From: Fimbriimonadales bacterium | Lineage (GTDB): Bacteria; Armatimonadota; Fimbriimonadia; Fimbriimonadales; JABRVX01 | Length of the DNA: 64,000 bases | NCBI GenBank assembly: GCA_045862955.1 | Contig: BTVI01000002.1 | Span: forward strand, 90,090-154,089 | Direction: 5' to 3' | Part shown: positions 48,217-59,380 of the stretch, piece by piece | Numbering within the stretch: position 1 is the first letter of the stretch | Layout: each line of letters opens with the position of its first letter | Notes under the pieces: model-generated | Databases searched by the model: none | Told to the model about the DNA's origin: nothing | What the model saw: only the letters and a program-made list of their open reading frames with translations | Position numbers and translations under genes: made by a program

Positions 48217-51200
48217 CTAGCGGTCCTTCGGCTGTACCCCGATACCGCTACGGTCCGGATACTCCGGCGTCTTCGGGGCCACGTAGGGGCGCCGCTTCAG
48301 TTCGTCTAGCATGTGTCTTATCGCCGCGTCGAGCTGTGGGTCACTACCATCTACCATGAGCGCCGGGTCGTCTACCACCTCGATGTCGGGGGCCACACCG
48401 TAGCCCTCCACGCCCCACGTCCCGTCGGTTTCGAAGAAGGCGTGCCTAGGCACACGTAGCGCCCCACCATCGATCAGCTCGGGGTTCCACGAGAGGCCCA
48501 CCAACCCGCCCCAGGTGCGAGTGCCAATCAGCTTGCCAACACCTGCCTTGCGGAAGTAGTAGGGAAATGCATCTCCGCCGGAGCCCGCCAGGGAGTTGAT
48601 CAGCATGCACTTCGGTCCGAGATGCGAGATGCCTGGCACCGGATCGTTTCTCCCGTTCCGCGTGTGGAAGTAGGAGAGCGCGGGGCGGTTGAGGAGCTCG
48701 ATGAACTTGTCCGGTGACTGGCCACCCCCATTCCAGCGCTCATCCACGATGAGAGCCTCTTTGTTCATCTGCCCGATGAACTGGCGGTTCAACTCGTTCA
48801 TCCCGTTGGTCCCCGTGTCGGGCACGTGGATGTAGCCGACACGTCCGCCACTCTTCTCCTCGACGTACTTGCGGTTCTTCTCCACCCATGTGCGGTAGCG
48901 GAGCGATCCCTCGTTGGGGATTGGCCTAACCACCACGTCGCGCGCCTTCTCATCGATCACGGGGTTCTCGCTCACTGTGATCGTGATGGTACGCCCCGCG
49001 GTGTCGAGGAATGCAGCGTGAATCTCTTTGCTAGCATCGACTGGGGTACCGTTCACTGCCAGCACGTAGTCACCCACCTTCACATCGACCCCGGGCTGAC
49101 CTAGCGGCCCGCGCGCATCGTCATCCCAAGGGGCGCCGCCGAGAATCCGCGAGATGCGATACGCGCCCCGATGCAGCTCATAGTCACAACCCAGCAACCC
49201 AACGTTGGCGGGAGGCGACTGCTCTACATCACCTACGTTCCAAATGTAGGCGTGCCCCACGTTGAGCTCTCCCAGCATCTCGCCGAGTATGTAGTTCAGA
49301 TCTCCCCTGCTCGAGCAGTCTCCGAGCATCTGGGCATACTGCTCGCGCACCGCGGGCCAATCCACACCGTGCATGTTCGCGGCATAGAAGTAGTCACGGA
49401 ATAGCCGCCATGCATCGTTGAATATCTGCTTCCACTCTTCGCGAGGCTCTACGCTGACAGTCATGCCTTGCATGGGCACCATCTTCTCGGCCTTCTGGTT
49501 GGGTGCCGCAGAGATCACTGCCAGCCCCTCCCCCACGGCTACGAGCAGCTTCTTGCCGTCCGCCGACATGGTGAACTGCTCGACGCCTGCAAGCACCGTC
49601 TGTTCTTGCGCTTGCGGTCCACTCATCTCGAACATCTTGATGCCCGCTCCGCTCCTCGTGTACACCAGCTTCCCATCCGCTGTGACGTTCAGGCTGTGAA
49701 AGGAACCCGGTGGCACGGGCAGCCTCATGGCTCTGGCCTCGAAGCCGTCGAGGTCTATCACCAACGACTTCTTCTCGTCCTTAGGCTTCTCTCCGTCGCC
49801 CGCCGGCTTGTCACTCTTCTTCTCGCCATTCTCTGCAGCGTTCTCGTCCTTCTTGTCGCCTTCGCCTGCAGGCTTAGTATCCTTCTTGAAGCTCTCCTCG
49901 TCGCTCTTCGGCAGGAAGGGCGACTTGATATCCTTTCGCAACGGCACGGCGAGCAGCACGTCGGTGTTAGCATAGACCGCTCTCCACCCTCCGAACTCAT
50001 CGAACACCGGAGAGGTAACATTTCGATTGCTCGCGAGGAACAGGTAATCCCCCTTGCGATCGAACACGGGCCAGCTATCGGGGAACACGCCCGCCGTGAC
50101 TTGCGTCGCCTTGTCTTCTGCTACGTTGTACAGCCACACTGCAGAGAGCCGAGTAGGGGACAGCTTCGTGTACGCGAGCCACGACGAGTCGTGCGACCAG
50201 GCGACCCTCGAGTTATAGCCGCTTCCGTCCGTGTCTACCACCTTCGGCTCGCCACCTTCCGCCGAGATGAGACAGATCCGGCCCTTCTCGTCCTGGAACA
50301 CGAGGCTCGTCGAATCCGGCGACCACGCGAGGTTCTGCCGGAACCCAGCGCCCAGTGATGTGAGCTTCTTCGTCTCTCCCGAGCCGTCGGATGGCATCAG
50401 GTATAGCTCGTACTCTCCGCTGTCGTCGGACCAATAGGCGATCCACTTGCCGTCAGGGCTCCACGTCGGTTCTCGCTCGAAAACGCCGCTGGTACGAGTC
50501 AGGTTGCGCAGCGCTCCCTCCTCTGCAGGCAACGACCACACATCGCCGCGCGCCGATACCACGACGCGTTTGCCGGTGGGTGAAAGGTCGAACGAGGAGA
50601 GGTAGCGTGCCGCGTTGACCGCGCGTGCCTTTAGGGTAGGCCGAGCTCCCGGCACGCGGACCTCCACCTTCTCGCTCTTTCCGGTGGCCAGGTCGAGCAG
50701 TCGGATGTCCGGGCCATACTGGTACACGATCTCTCCCTTGCCGTCGGGACCCGGCCCGATGGATGGCCACTTCACGTCGAAGTCCGCGTAACGCGTGACC
50801 TGTCGCCGTTTGCTGCTCTTCGTATCGTAGGCCCAGATGTTCAAGCGGTGCGACGGACCGTCATCCGATAGGTAGTACACGGTGTCGCCACTCCACATAG
50901 GCAGCGAGTCCGTGCCCATCCAACTCGTGATTTTCTTCGACTGATGGGTCTCCAGATTGAACAGCCAGATGTCTGTCGCCTGGCCACCCGTGTACCGCTT
51001 CCAGGTGGAGAAGTCGGTCGAATGCAGCACGTATGCAAGCCACTTTCCATCGGGACTGATCGCACCGTTCGCGCCGTAAGGCACTGGGAGCTTGAGTGGC
51101 TGGCCACCCGTCGCGGGCACGCGCATCAGTTGCGACTGTGAGCCATGGAGGTCCCGGCCATAAGCAAAGAAGAGAATGTCTCCCGACGCCGTCCAGTCGC

Positions 51201-51585
51201 AGGGGATCTCCTGACCTGGATGATACGTCACGCGGAACGGCACTCCGCCCTCGATCGGAAGCGTGTAGATATCAGAACCGGCATCGTAGCCGCCCAGGAA
51301 GGCCACCTGCGAGCCGTCGGGGCTGAACTTGGCGAATACCTCGCCTCCGACGGCGCTCGTGAGCGGCCGGGCGACCCCGCCGGTCCTCGGAACGATCCAT
51401 AAGTTGCCCGCGTAGGTGAACACGATGTGCTTCGCGCTCACATCCGGATACCGGATCCTCCCCGCGTGGGGAGCAACGAAATCCTCCTGAACCAGTAGCG
51501 CTAGGGGTGCCGCGCAATAGGCGCCGATTTTGCTCAGCAATGCGAGCGACGCGACCGTAAGAACCGCACGAAAGAACCCGATCAT
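48217..51585 (-). CDS. tricorn protease homolog (S41, beta-propellers + PDZ)
   Basis: FSPDG repeats, GELNVGHAY, VGYIHVPD, DERWNGGG, AGSGGD, GTRTWGG, GVAPDIEV. Confidence 0.95.
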   Translation of the reverse strand: MIGFFRAVLTVASLALLSKIGAYCAAPLALLVQEDFVAPHAGRIRYPDVSAKHIVFTYAGNLWIVPRTGGVARPLTSAVGGEVFAKFSPDGSQVAFLGGYDAGSDIYTLPIEGGVPFRVTYHPGQEIPCDWTASGDILFFAYGRDLHGSQSQLMRVPATGGQPLKLPVPYGANGAISPDGKWLAYVLHSTDFSTWKRYTGGQATDIWLFNLETHQSKKITSWMGTDSLPMWSGDTVYYLSDDGPSHRLNIWAYDTKSSKRRQVTRYADFDVKWPSIGPGPDGKGEIVYQYGPDIRLLDLATGKSEKVEVRVPGARPTLKARAVNAARYLSSFDLSPTGKRVVVSARGDVWSLPAEEGALRNLTRTSGVFEREPTWSPDGKWIAYWSDDSGEYELYLMPSDGSGETKKLTSLGAGFRQNLAWSPDSTSLVFQDEKGRICLISAEGGEPKVVDTDGSGYNSRVAWSHDSSWLAYTKLSPTRLSAVWLYNVAEDKATQVTAGVFPDSWPVFDRKGDYLFLASNRNVTSPVFDEFGGWRAVYANTDVLLAVPLRKDIKSPFLPKSDEESFKKDTKPAGEGDKKDENAAENGEKKSDKPAGDGEKPKDEKKSLVIDLDGFEARAMRLPVPPGSFHSLNVTADGKLVYTRSGAGIKMFEMSGPQAQEQTVLAGVEQFTMSADGKKLLVAVGEGLAVISAAPNQKAEKMVPMQGMTVSVEPREEWKQIFNDAWRLFRDYFYAANMHGVDWPAVREQYAQMLGDCSSRGDLNYILGEMLGELNVGHAYIWNVGDVEQSPPANVGLLGCDYELHRGAYRISRILGGAPWDDDARGPLGQPGVDVKVGDYVLAVNGTPVDASKEIHAAFLDTAGRTITITVSENPVIDEKARDVVVRPIPNEGSLRYRTWVEKNRKYVEEKSGGRVGYIHVPDTGTNGMNELNRQFIGQMNKEALIVDERWNGGGQSPDKFIELLNRPALSYFHTRNGRNDPVPGISHLGPKCMLINSLAGSGGDAFPYYFRKAGVGKLIGTRTWGGLVGLSWNPELIDGGALRVPRHAFFETDGTWGVEGYGVAPDIEVVDDPALMVDGSDPQLDAAIRHMLDELKRRPYVAPKTPEYPDRSGIGVQPKDR

Positions 51586-51864
51586 CCTCTTCGCCTCCAG
51601 CGGGGGAGGTTCCATGCCGAGTTCTCTCCTCCTCTCCGGGTCCCAAAGTCTGCCGAGCGCCGGATCAGAGCGCCTCATCGGGAACCCGATTCCTCTTCCG
51701 TTTGTCCGTTCCAATGAGCGTCGCCATCTCATGTGGCGATGCCGCGCAGTCGCGTGTGGGTCGCTCGGGATGGCCGGCCCGTCGAAAGCCACAGCGAGCG
51801 CTGAGTCGTCGACCTCGGCGATCAGGGTTCGTTGCGCAGAGCAGAGCCTCGGAAAGGGGAATAT

Positions 51865-54576
51865 ATGCGCTCAAGCCTATGGCGACTTCTGGTCGCCTTT
51901 GCCCCCGCATTCATCACGCTCGCTGCCAGTGCACAGCCTTGGCCGTTCGATGGTCCACGAGCACAGGCGAACGACTATCCCGACATCGACGTCTTGTACA
52001 TCGAGCGCACTCCGCGGCTGTCGTTCAATCCGAACGATATGACGTACAGCAGCGGGCTGCCCAGCTTGGGCCAGCCGGTCACTTATCGGGCGCACATCAA
52101 GAACTGGGGACCGGTGGCGCAAGACGTCGAGTACCTCTGGTACTTCGACGGAGTGCCGGGCCCGGGCGGCACGGTTCAGATACCGGCTGGACAGACGGTG
52201 CAGGTGAACTACGCCTGGAACTGGGACCCTGCGGACCACGACCTGAAGATCGTCGTCGACCCCAACGGCCTGCTGACCGAGTTGACCAAACTGAACAACA
52301 TCGTGGAGACCCGCACCAACGCGCTCCTCGTCGGCCTGTGGGTGGAGCAGGGGCTGTACGACTACTTCCACGAGAATCAGTACAAGCTTAACGACGGCGC
52401 GAACGGATTCGAGGACTGGGGCCAGCGAATGGTGCGCCGCTGGAACGAGATGCATGCCAAGGCCAAGTTCCCGTTCTGCCCGAACGGAGCCCTGGACAGA
52501 ATGTCGCTGGACAAGGTGGTAGTAGTGCCGAACGGTGCCTTGCCGCTGAACGGTGGACTCGCCACGAACAACCCCGATCGCCTCGACCGTACCGTAGACA
52601 TGATGTGGGGCTATCCCTACAACCCTAACGACATACTGCCTGGCGCCTTCTATGGTTTTCGATGGAGCGGTCCGTTCCTGATTGACATGGGCAGCATCCA
52701 CGAGATGAACCACGCCAGGTTCATGATCGACAACTACGGCTTCGATGTGCACCAGAGCGAGAGCGAGCCCTGGTCCATTGACGTCCGCGACGATGACGGC
52801 AAGATCATTACTGGGACGAAGTACATGCCTTTCATCGCTTGGCAGGGCGTGCACTACGACAAGTGGTCCGATATCATGGGCGGCCCCGCCATCTATGACG
52901 CTTATACCGCCTGTGTATGGAACTGGAAGCACCACAAGCGCGGACGCGGCAACCAGAACTCTCCCCCGGACATCGGCGTGTTCCTGACCGACCTGCCACA
53001 GAACAATCACTTCCAGTTCATAGACGAGAACGGAGTGCCACTGGTAGGGGCAACCGTGGACGTGTATCGGGCGACCGGCGGCACCGGCTGGTACGCTAAG
53101 ACGTACGACAACGTCTCCGACGCGACTTTCACTACGGATGCTAACGGCTTCATCACGATGCCTCAGAACCCCTTCGGCAGCCCAATCCGTCACACCTATG
53201 GGCTAGCCAACACCGTGATGATCCTGAAGATCCGCTACCACGGGGAGCTCTACTTCACCTTTCAGGAGATCACGGATTTCAACCTCGCATACTGGAGAGG
53301 GAATACCACGAACGCGTACTACCTGCGGCAGGTCGACCTTCGCGACAATCCAGCTACCGTGCCGAACAATGCGTGGTTAGGCAACTACTTCAACGGGACG
53401 AACTATCAGGCGTTCGTTACCAGTCGCACGGACGGCACTATCGACTTCGAAACCGCGGGCGCTCTCGCCCCCGGCTTGGACGAAGACAACGTGAGCGTGT
53501 TCTGGCACGGGAACTTCACCTTCACGGACGGCTGGAAGCGATTCACGATCACGACGGATGGCGGGGTCCAGCTGTACGTGGATGAGAGGCTCGTGTTCGA
53601 TGCGTGGGATAACACGTCGCTCAACACCTTCACCCCCGACATCTACACTACGAACTGGTCTAGCTACGTGAACCCCGGCCAGGCGAGCGCGGACACCACG
53701 AGACACAGAGTGGCGGTGCGTTACCGGCACGGTACGGGAACTGCGCGAATCGAGGTTAGCTGGACCGACCAACCGCCGCCCGAAGAGATACCCTACGACG
53801 CTTGGCGAGCCGATCTTTACAGCCAGAAGAACCTGACCGGCTACATCACCAGCCGGCTGGAGGATCGAATCGATCACGAGTACGACACAGGTAGTCCCGA
53901 TCCGGCGATCAACGGTGACAATTGGAGTGTGCGCCGAACGGGGTATTGGTACTTCCCGGCTGGCACGTACCTATTCACGGCGACAACCGATGATGGTATG
54001 CGCATCTGGATCGACGATGCGCTCGTCCTGAACAAATGGTTCGATCAGAATACGGCCACCTACACCTTCACATGCGAGATGGACGAGGGCTATCACCTGT
54101 TACGAGTGGAGCACTATGAGAACGGATCCTCGGCAACAGCGAAGCTTTCGTGGGAGCTGCAGAGGCCCGTATATGGGGGAGAGGTGACACTGGGCCACTG
54201 GTCGGCACCGATTGCCGGTGTGCAGCTGAACCTTCTGGTAGGTACGTCGCAATATACGGTGACTCTCGATGCCGAGGGCAAGTTCTCGATGCCCGGGTCC
54301 ATTCCGGCCGGCACCTACGATGTGAAGCTATGGGGCCGCGCCTGGCTTCGGAAGACGGCCCCTGCCGTCACCTTCCCGCTAACAGAGACGCTGTCCTTCA
54401 GCCTGACGAATGGTGACTGTCAGGTGAACAACGCGGTAGACATCGGCGACATCACGCGCGTGCTGATCACCTACGGGCGAACCGACGAAACCGCGGATCT
54501 GGATGGAGTGGGTGGCGTCACGCTAAGCGATCTCAACATCGTATTGATCAACTTCGGGCAACAGGGTGACCCGTAG
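51865..54576 (+). CDS. secreted CARDB + HExxH + 2xPA14 + dockerin-like protein
   Basis: signal peptide; VVDPN...E....NN; IHEMNH; two PA14 domains (TDGGVQLYVD, TDDGMRIWIDD); LTNGDC...ADLDG. Confidence 0.8.
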   Translation: MRSSLWRLLVAFAPAFITLAASAQPWPFDGPRAQANDYPDIDVLYIERTPRLSFNPNDMTYSSGLPSLGQPVTYRAHIKNWGPVAQDVEYLWYFDGVPGPGGTVQIPAGQTVQVNYAWNWDPADHDLKIVVDPNGLLTELTKLNNIVETRTNALLVGLWVEQGLYDYFHENQYKLNDGANGFEDWGQRMVRRWNEMHAKAKFPFCPNGALDRMSLDKVVVVPNGALPLNGGLATNNPDRLDRTVDMMWGYPYNPNDILPGAFYGFRWSGPFLIDMGSIHEMNHARFMIDNYGFDVHQSESEPWSIDVRDDDGKIITGTKYMPFIAWQGVHYDKWSDIMGGPAIYDAYTACVWNWKHHKRGRGNQNSPPDIGVFLTDLPQNNHFQFIDENGVPLVGATVDVYRATGGTGWYAKTYDNVSDATFTTDANGFITMPQNPFGSPIRHTYGLANTVMILKIRYHGELYFTFQEITDFNLAYWRGNTTNAYYLRQVDLRDNPATVPNNAWLGNYFNGTNYQAFVTSRTDGTIDFETAGALAPGLDEDNVSVFWHGNFTFTDGWKRFTITTDGGVQLYVDERLVFDAWDNTSLNTFTPDIYTTNWSSYVNPGQASADTTRHRVAVRYRHGTGTARIEVSWTDQPPPEEIPYDAWRADLYSQKNLTGYITSRLEDRIDHEYDTGSPDPAINGDNWSVRRTGYWYFPAGTYLFTATTDDGMRIWIDDALVLNKWFDQNTATYTFTCEMDEGYHLLRVEHYENGSSATAKLSWELQRPVYGGEVTLGHWSAPIAGVQLNLLVGTSQYTVTLDAEGKFSMPGSIPAGTYDVKLWGRAWLRKTAPAVTFPLTETLSFSLTNGDCQVNNAVDIGDITRVLITYGRTDETADLDGVGGVTLSDLNIVLINFGQQGDP

Positions 54577-54633
54577 TGCAGATGCAGCGGCGGTTCTGAA
54601 CCTGCACCTGTTCTTAGCGTAGAAAGGGACGCG

Positions 54634-57600
54634 ATGAGACTAGCCATCCGTTACATCTTATGCGTGGTCGCAGTAGTGTCGGTCTGCGTCTGTCACCCAG
54701 GACCGCAACACTGGGGATTCGGTTTCTCGTACTTGGCTGCCCTCGAGGAGCTAGCCGGGCAGCGACGACTTGTCGTCTACGAACCGCCACTGCGCGCTAA
54801 GGACGGTGTGTGGCTCAGCCGCTGGATAGACCGCACGACGTCGTTCGAGGATGTTCCGGTGGGCGGTTTGACGGTAGGTAACTTCTGGCCCTCCAGCTTC
54901 GGTACCGACCACCTCGCAGTGGTACGCCTCGTGGGTGGTCAGGTCATCGTTCACGTGTACGAGCCACCGCAGTGCTTCGCGGTCCGCCAGTGGTCGCAGA
55001 AGAGCGTGTCGAATGCGGTTAGCATAAGCGGGAACTTCCTCGGAGCTACCGCCGGCAACCCGCGCGCCTCTGCCAAGGACCAACTGCTAATTGCCAGCGA
55101 GTACAACGGCAACATCCGCATCAGCATGCTCAATCCACCTACCAGCCCGACGGGTACCACCTGGAGCAAGCTTGCGGAGGCCGATCTGCCGAATGTCCAA
55201 GGCAGCTTCGTAGCGTTTGCATGTGGCGACTTCTGGGGCGAGAAGAAGGACTACATCGCTCTTGCCACGCTGGTCGGCGGCAAGACTCGCATCGCCTTCT
55301 ACCGATACGACGTGACAGGGAACCGTTTCGACTTCGTGGTGGACGACCGAGCTTCCGACCTACCCGCATTGGTACCCGGAGGTCTGTGCGCCGCAGATTA
55401 CCAGAAGGATGGGTTCGACGTTCTCACGATGGTACCACCATTCGGAGGCTACCAACTTCGTGTGGCGCCCGCTCTGCCTGGTAGGAAGTACGATGACGGA
55501 CCACAGTACGACGGCAAGGCGCTCTCCGGTCAGTGGATGCCGGGAAACGGTGGCTATGGCAGCAGGAAGGTGATGACGGGGTTCTTCGGCGCCGAAGCGG
55601 GCAACAGGTTGGCATTCGGAGCGGGTCGACTTTTCGGCTATATCAACACCGACCTGAACTCGCGTTATAGCATCTCCTCTGCCGCAGATGCCCAGATTTC
55701 CTTCGCCAGGCGCAGCCCCCGCAAAGACGAGCGCGCCCCCTATGGCTGGCCCGCATACGGGGAAACTGTCAGCTATGAGATCAACCTACAGAACACCGGC
55801 GCAAGTACGATACCCGGGGGCAGTGTGCGCCTCAAGGTGTGGGTGGATCGAGACTACCGGAACGCTGACACGGATCCTGTCACTTGCGACACACCGGATT
55901 ACGACCTTCTCATCGGGGAGGACATCCCCGCCTACGATGCTAACAGCCCTACCTACGTGTCACGCACCGTGACTCTCACCTGGCCGTACCAGCTCATCCT
56001 GGCCGGTCCGCGCGCAACGTGGCGAAAGATCAACGTGGAAGACGTGGGTGAACGTTGGGTGATCGCCGTGCTGGAGTGGGCAGGTGACGGTAACCAGCGG
56101 AACAACCGCTATGAATTCGCAATCCATGGGCTGACCTTCCACCCCATCTTCCGTAGTCAGGCATCGCTCGCCGACAGGCAGCCCACGGTGCTGGGTGACC
56201 CACCCAGCAAGGAGTACCTAAGTCGCAAGCTGGCGGATGCCGTGCAATGTATGTGGGAGCGGTCGGCCACACGCGATGGGCAGGATGTGTTGCAAAGGCT
56301 CTGGTTCGACAGCTACGAGATCGGATGGCCCTCCGACTCCGCGAACCCGAGCGAGGCCTGGCAGATCGTGCAGGCCAAGTACGAGGGCTGGCGAGAGCTG
56401 GACGGCTGGTGGGGACACTACCAGGGATGGGAGCGCTTCAATTGGGGGGACGGCGGAGCGGAGCTGCACGAAACCGGACACCTATTCCATCCGCTCGGCG
56501 ATCTATATCAGTATTACACCCATCCGGTGTTCACATCGGCGTCGAGCATGGCAGATGGAACCCCCGTGCAGATCGCATCGTGGTGCTGGGGCGCCGACAG
56601 CTTCGGCCCGGGCCAAACGAAGATATCGTGGCCTGCGTGCGAGATGATGCGACGCTTCCTGGTCGGTGCACGCAACAACGGCATCTCTGGCTGGGAGTCG
56701 CTCGCACCTGACCGCACCTGGGTGCGAGTCTTGGACCGCGACGGCAAACCCGTCGAAGGGGCTGAGGTGAAGCTCTGGCTTTACGGTAGCAACACACCGA
56801 TCGCGAGCGGCACCACGGGGGCCGACGGGCGATGGGAGATCACCTCGCTGTTCGGCAGCTACACCCTGGACGCTTTCGGTCGCAAGCACTATACGCAGAA
56901 TCAGTCGCTGATCCACACTCTCGCGCAGGTTTTCACCGTTCGCATCGGCCAGCACTACCATGACGCTACGATATGGGGGATCGAAGATACGGCTTCGCAC
57001 AGCCGTCACACCTACATGGGCTATTCCATGGTGCACGAGGCCGGGTGGACGTGGGACTTCCGTACGAACTATCGTGCCACTGCTGCGCCTCCGGATTTCA
57101 CCGTCACGGCAGCCGTCGAAGGACGCAAAGTCAGCTTAGAGGTAGCGGGCCCGCTGAACGCGACCTATCGCGTGTACCGCCGCTGGCAGCCGACCTTCGT
57201 GCGTACGGTCGTCGGCGATTACACTGCGACGGGCAGCACCGTGCGCATCGTGCAAGACATGGCGGAGGCAGATTCCTTCGACTCGAACCGGTTTCGCGCG
57301 TTGTACGAGGTTACTCGCATCATAGGCACTGCACCCGCGACCCCTGGTGGCGTTCAGGATGCAATCGAATCGCTCCCTCGCAGCGTCTTCGTCACTGGCC
57401 TCTCCAACGCGTGCGGCATTAGCGATGACGGTCAGGGTAGGCTGCTGGTCGCCTCCAACGCCGGTATCGCCAACCCGTTCTGTCAACTATTCGACGGAAC
57501 GACCCCCTACCGTGAGTTGTTCTATCACTTCCGCTTTGGCCACACAGCGCAGAAGGTGGTAGCATCGAAGCTGACCACCGGCAAGTATTACGCGACACTG

Positions 57601-59319
57601 CAGTTCGCAGACATGACACCCGAATACCGCTTCGACCTCGTCACGCCTCCCACGTCTGCCCCCTACGGCTACGACGTGCGCAATGATATCCAGCCGTATC
57701 AAGCGAGCTCTTTCAGCAAGACCGCACCGTACTGGATACAGAACTCGCAGGCTGCCACTCGCTATCTGCCGGGTGACTTGGTGATTGGCACCGCTGCATC
57801 TTCGAGAGTGAACGCTGTTTCGGGCAACCGCATCTACACGGACGCGCTGGTGTTCAATCAGTCGGACACCAATCCGTGGTTTTCCGGCAGTCGTCTCGCG
57901 GGTTATGCGGGGACCGATTCGGCGAGGCGAGAACTCCAGTCCGCCCGAGGACTAGCAGTGTTCTTGCGCTCTGGCGTTGAGTACGTTGCCATCGCAGACA
58001 CCGGCAACCGAAGGCTGGTTGTATGGGATGCGAGCACGAGGTACGTGACTCACTATCAGTTCGAGGATGCCGGGGCAAAGCCCGCCGCAGTCGCGGCTCA
58101 TCCGCTGGCACAGGGCAAAGTGTACGTTCTGGATCGAGGCACGAATCGGCTGTACCGCTTCACTTTCGACGGTTCATCGCTGACTGTGGACCCCGGCTTC
58201 CCCGTGTCGCTGGTAGCAGGCGATTGGTCGGGCGGCAAGGAGATAGGTCTCGCTGCTGCGAGTCCGGACGGCTCGACGGTCCTGCTCGCGGTCACTAATG
58301 CCTCGTCTAAGGTGGTGCGCGAGTACAACGAGCAGGGGACCGTGCTCGCCACGTACAACGCGCCCACCGGTAACTATATGGGCAATGGCACCCTAGACGC
58401 ACCCAGCGATGTGGCGTACGTGACACGTGACGGCCGCCTGAGCCTGTATGCCGTGGATGGGTTGGATCGCGTCGTGCTGTTAGCACAGCGTCTGGTCTTG
58501 GGTGTTCCGAGCCTAGGCGGCACGGCAGTCGCTGCCGAGTTCGCCTCCGGCTCGCTGAAGCCTATCCGACTGCTGGTACTGGATACACGGGAGACGGAGG
58601 CTCCTGCCGGTAGGGACCTCGTAGAGCGCTACACCGCGGCTCTGTTCGAGGCCAGTCATGGCACGATAGAGTACCGCGTGACGGAGTACGCACAGTCGGA
58701 AAGCAGCACTTTACTCGAGCTGCTACAGCGCGCACGCGTGGCGAAGGCAATCAACGACGGAGAAGCCGACGAGGTGTTAGTACTCGCAAGGAGGGACTTC
58801 CTCGCTACCGGTGCCTACATGTTCGGAAACCACGCGATCGCACTCGACTACCCGCCGTATACGCGAGCGCCATTCCGCCGCACCTTCGTGGTGACGGTAG
58901 CCGACATAGAGCAGGGGCTGGGCGGTCTGCTAGCCACCTTCTGTCGCCGTGCCGAGAAGCTGCTAACACGCGCGTATGGGAGTTGGAACGGATACCCACC
59001 ACAGCACGACTGGGATCGCTTCACGCTGTACGAAGGCATCGCGCCGGGCCAGGCGGCGTGCGGGACGCTGTCGCAGCCTCCCGGCGAGACCACGGTGCTC
59101 AGCTCGTCGGACGACTGGCTGCACAACTGGCCGAACCTGCGCGGGACCCGCCGCGCTCTCGGTCCCGAAGACTGGGGCTCTGGCAATCCGGTCGCGCACG
59201 CCGAGTGGTGGCTCAGCCATCTCCCTCACGCGGCTGGCCGGGATGCGGCGGGCATGCCTCTCAACTGGTGGTCTCACATAGTCCTCCCATCCCCAGTCCC
59301 ATCCGAGGCTCACCGCTAG
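54634..59319 (+). CDS. large secreted multidomain protein (HExxH, NHL-like repeats)
   Basis: N-terminal hydrophobic leader; LHETGH; VLDRDGKPVEGAEV; IADTGNRRL. Confidence 0.75.
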   Translation: MRLAIRYILCVVAVVSVCVCHPGPQHWGFGFSYLAALEELAGQRRLVVYEPPLRAKDGVWLSRWIDRTTSFEDVPVGGLTVGNFWPSSFGTDHLAVVRLVGGQVIVHVYEPPQCFAVRQWSQKSVSNAVSISGNFLGATAGNPRASAKDQLLIASEYNGNIRISMLNPPTSPTGTTWSKLAEADLPNVQGSFVAFACGDFWGEKKDYIALATLVGGKTRIAFYRYDVTGNRFDFVVDDRASDLPALVPGGLCAADYQKDGFDVLTMVPPFGGYQLRVAPALPGRKYDDGPQYDGKALSGQWMPGNGGYGSRKVMTGFFGAEAGNRLAFGAGRLFGYINTDLNSRYSISSAADAQISFARRSPRKDERAPYGWPAYGETVSYEINLQNTGASTIPGGSVRLKVWVDRDYRNADTDPVTCDTPDYDLLIGEDIPAYDANSPTYVSRTVTLTWPYQLILAGPRATWRKINVEDVGERWVIAVLEWAGDGNQRNNRYEFAIHGLTFHPIFRSQASLADRQPTVLGDPPSKEYLSRKLADAVQCMWERSATRDGQDVLQRLWFDSYEIGWPSDSANPSEAWQIVQAKYEGWRELDGWWGHYQGWERFNWGDGGAELHETGHLFHPLGDLYQYYTHPVFTSASSMADGTPVQIASWCWGADSFGPGQTKISWPACEMMRRFLVGARNNGISGWESLAPDRTWVRVLDRDGKPVEGAEVKLWLYGSNTPIASGTTGADGRWEITSLFGSYTLDAFGRKHYTQNQSLIHTLAQVFTVRIGQHYHDATIWGIEDTASHSRHTYMGYSMVHEAGWTWDFRTNYRATAAPPDFTVTAAVEGRKVSLEVAGPLNATYRVYRRWQPTFVRTVVGDYTATGSTVRIVQDMAEADSFDSNRFRALYEVTRIIGTAPATPGGVQDAIESLPRSVFVTGLSNACGISDDGQGRLLVASNAGIANPFCQLFDGTTPYRELFYHFRFGHTAQKVVASKLTTGKYYATLQFADMTPEYRFDLVTPPTSAPYGYDVRNDIQPYQASSFSKTAPYWIQNSQAATRYLPGDLVIGTAASSRVNAVSGNRIYTDALVFNQSDTNPWFSGSRLAGYAGTDSARRELQSARGLAVFLRSGVEYVAIADTGNRRLVVWDASTRYVTHYQFEDAGAKPAAVAAHPLAQGKVYVLDRGTNRLYRFTFDGSSLTVDPGFPVSLVAGDWSGGKEIGLAAASPDGSTVLLAVTNASSKVVREYNEQGTVLATYNAPTGNYMGNGTLDAPSDVAYVTRDGRLSLYAVDGLDRVVLLAQRLVLGVPSLGGTAVAAEFASGSLKPIRLLVLDTRETEAPAGRDLVERYTAALFEASHGTIEYRVTEYAQSESSTLLELLQRARVAKAINDGEADEVLVLARRDFLATGAYMFGNHAIALDYPPYTRAPFRRTFVVTVADIEQGLGGLLATFCRRAEKLLTRAYGSWNGYPPQHDWDRFTLYEGIAPGQAACGTLSQPPGETTVLSSSDDWLHNWPNLRGTRRALGPEDWGSGNPVAHAEWWLSHLPHAAGRDAAGMPLNWWSHIVLPSPVPSEAHR

Positions 59320-59380
59320 CCTGCAAATCTGCCGGCCATCTTCGGAAGGGACTTCGATTACCCTAACGAAACCCATTCGC

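Noticed and set aside
51877..53193. Long antisense ORFs (this one, 20984..22105, 49468..50358 and others)
   Set aside because: Shadow frames of well-supported genes in high-GC DNA
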